This document shows, one piece after another, positions 61,278-63,776 of a stretch of 63,776 nt of DNA. Source of the stretch: Klebsormidium nitens (lineage: Eukaryota; Plantae; Klebsormidiophyceae); contig DF237477.1 in NCBI GenBank assembly GCA_000708835.1, positions 1 to 63,776 of the forward strand. The letters run 5' to 3'. Position numbers and translations under genes: made by a program. The notes beneath the pieces are model-generated. The model searched no databases. It was given only the letters and a program-made list of their open reading frames with translations, and had not been told where the DNA came from. Each line of letters starts with the position of its first letter. Positions within the stretch are counted from its first letter, which is position 1.

Positions 61278-63776
61278 GAGGGGAAAATTCATCAACGGGT
61301 CATCTGATGTGAGCGCAGCATATCAATGACTTACCGTCAAGCTCTCAATCAAATCATTCCCCTTCTAAAATAGAGACCTGTGAGGATGTTCGGGTCGAGC
61401 GGTTAGTCGGAAGGCTCGTCTTCGCATGCATCTTCAGTTAAAAAGCATGCAGACAACGGGCCGGTTGCAGACGTGGCTAGAACAAACGATTATCTTTTTT
61501 CCAACTCAACTCATGAGCGCATTTTACATATATTACCTGCTAGCTAGAAGCGAACGTTGAGCCTGCGCTGGCTGTGTCGAACGGATTGAAGAAGGAGCCG
61601 CGCGGTGTCAGATTACCATGGACGTGTTGGTTGCTCGAAGGATTAGAGTACATGAGGAATCACATCTTTGGAGAATCTGGACAAAAGGTGCAGTCAACGG
61701 TCAGCTCAGATATGTGAACCATGAGGAGCCTGGTGCGGCTGCGGCACCAGACCGCCAAGAATAGTCAGCGCCTGACTACGTTTGCTGTGCGCGCATGGAT
61801 TTTTTCAACTTGAGTGAAGCTTGGGCTTGCTCCTTGAAATTCCGATGAGTCAGCAGTCAGGAAGTAAATGCTAGCAACAGATTTAAAAACTGCCCACATG
61901 AAGATACGAAGAGTGCCCAGTAGTAACCAGCCTATAGCGAGAAGAGAAGGTATTTCTAGCGAAGTGGCCGTGTATGGTGTGCTGTCTGTGTTGATTTATG
62001 ATGGGGCTTCAGGACGTGGCTCTGATACAGCTTGACCCGTCACCGCGTGGCCAATGTTTACTCCCACGTCCGCTGCTTCAAGCCCTCCTCGCACCCAAAT
62101 CAATTGCGATCAGATAGCCAATAGCACGAGTCAAGCCCACAAGGAATTTTTGTACGTCTTACGGGGCGTTTTGGGAACCCCGAAGCCGTCCCAGAGCATT
62201 CCTCTCCATACACGTAGCAGACGAACCAGAGGATTGAAAAGAATTTGGTGATGTTACAAGCTCGCAGGCAAAATAATTTCGGTCAATCTCCATTACTATA
62301 GATTCGAAATCGACCACACTGGATGAGTGTAACGGCGGGTTAGCGGTGAAACGCGTGAACCCGTATACGGTCCGAAGCGGAACGAAAATCGACGCGATAA
62401 CCCGGCCGCGACGCGCGGACGGCCGACGCGAAATCGATATATAAATTACGGAAGCGCCTTAGTGTGCATCCAGTCGACAGCTTTTTGGATGCATAGCCGA
62501 GCGGCTAAGGCGGTCGGCTTCCGTACCGTTACAATGAGGCAGCTCAGAGAACACAGAGTTGGCACTGCAAACCTGTCATTCTCTTGCTCGCGTCGTCGCC
62601 TCATTTCAGGAAGACTTCTGTTCTTGCGAGCCTTCCGAGTCCTTCACGTACTAGAAAAGAAAACAATTGCCACTCGAAGATTGCTGCTTCTGATGTATAC
62701 GGATTATTCGTCCTTTCTAGCCGTCCGAGCTGCTGAATCCTCGGTTTACGTACTTCGTTCTGAGGACTCTGGAAGCCGTGCCTCTTACGTCTGCATATCT
62801 ACTTGACTGGGCCCGGTATATATATATCAGTCATGTTATCATAGAGAAAGGAGACGGACTGATATGCATGCAGAAGACGCTATTGCAACAAGCCGCATGC
62901 ACATGAGACCAATCTGTGTTTGAGCAATTTGTGGTCACAAGCGAACTGACTGGTCAGATTTTGCATTGTTTGCTTGATGAGTCTATCCGGCTTTACCAAA
63001 GTCTTGCAGGGGGATCATGTTATGATAAAACGAATGAGTAGAGACGTCGGGCTCACCGCAGGCACCTTACTACAAGAGATCATGGCGCACCTGGGGCACC
63101 AGTTGATGCCTAGTCACGGCCACGGAGAAACACAAGCATACTTTCCGCTGTACTACGGGAAGGAGACCTTAAACTGAAGAGGCAATTCTAAATGCAGACC
63201 GACGAGATCGCGCTCAGGCGGATCTTTCCCCAATTGATGATTTTGACGGCAGCCAAAGATACGAGTGCAGATTGTCGAACGAACTATCCGTTGGGCAATC
63301 CGGGACCACAAATTGTAGACAGGCCCCGTTGATGAAGCTGGCTTAGCAAACGTTGGTCCCACATAGCTCGTGGCATCGAAGAGATGCCACGTGCAGCGGC
63401 ACGGGTTCTGTCCTTGCCGCTCTGTCGCACCCAGCGCTGTCGCTGAGCCGCTGTCGCTGGGCCGCTGTCGAACACGCTGTAACTTTGAATGGCCAGTTCC
63501 AAGCCGTTTAACGATTGACAAATATCAGACATACGCATTCACAGGACCTTGCAAGCGGCATGATTATACGTATGTCGATTGAAGACACTTGGTTGGTATA
63601 AGATTTACAGTTGAAGACATCGTTTACAGCGAAGCCGGGTTTAAGACACTCTTTTGTCCTAAACCAGTGCCCCGGGTGTCTTAAATGCGATCGGTTTTGG
63701 ACATCTCGTGTCCTATACCGGGTGTCAAAACGGGCCTGTCGTTTCTATTATGACTGAGTACGTAGAACCGCCAAAT

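Noticed and set aside
1-63776. tRNA/rRNA/snRNA genes
   Set aside because: No cloverleaf or rRNA/snRNA-like conserved sequence was recognised by eye. tRNAscan-SE and Infernal were not run.

Overview
Intron-rich eukaryotic genomic DNA, probably a green or streptophyte alga. The Klebsormidium-like assignment is an inference from the plant-type UreG, the UBL-fused HRQ1 and the GC-rich exons. The first ~23 kb are gene-dense. It opens with a minus-strand gene with an N-terminal Cys/His motif that runs off the left edge, followed by a 389-bp PIF/Harbinger (Tourist-like) MITE (TTA TSD, 23-bp TIR) in the divergent promoter. Next come a 16-exon HRQ1/RecQ4-like DEAH helicase (UBL + long disordered region + helicase + DUF1998 Zn domain, ~2031 aa as I spliced it) and urease accessory GTPase UreG, whose His-rich N-terminus abuts an assembly gap. 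The remaining ~40 kb are mostly decayed sequence: a frameshifted MYND zinc-finger gene, an array of degenerate paralogous coding relics (37-55 kb), GC/NotI-rich islands, and a complete 2183-bp non-autonomous CACTG-type CACTA element with a GAG TSD. The most unusual signal is repeated 'splice-junction stuttering'. At least five HRQ1 intron boundaries and one UreG boundary carry tandem ~120-220 bp copies of the junction (acceptor + exon start, or exon end + donor). The copies sit inside the intron and generally decay with distance from the live exon.
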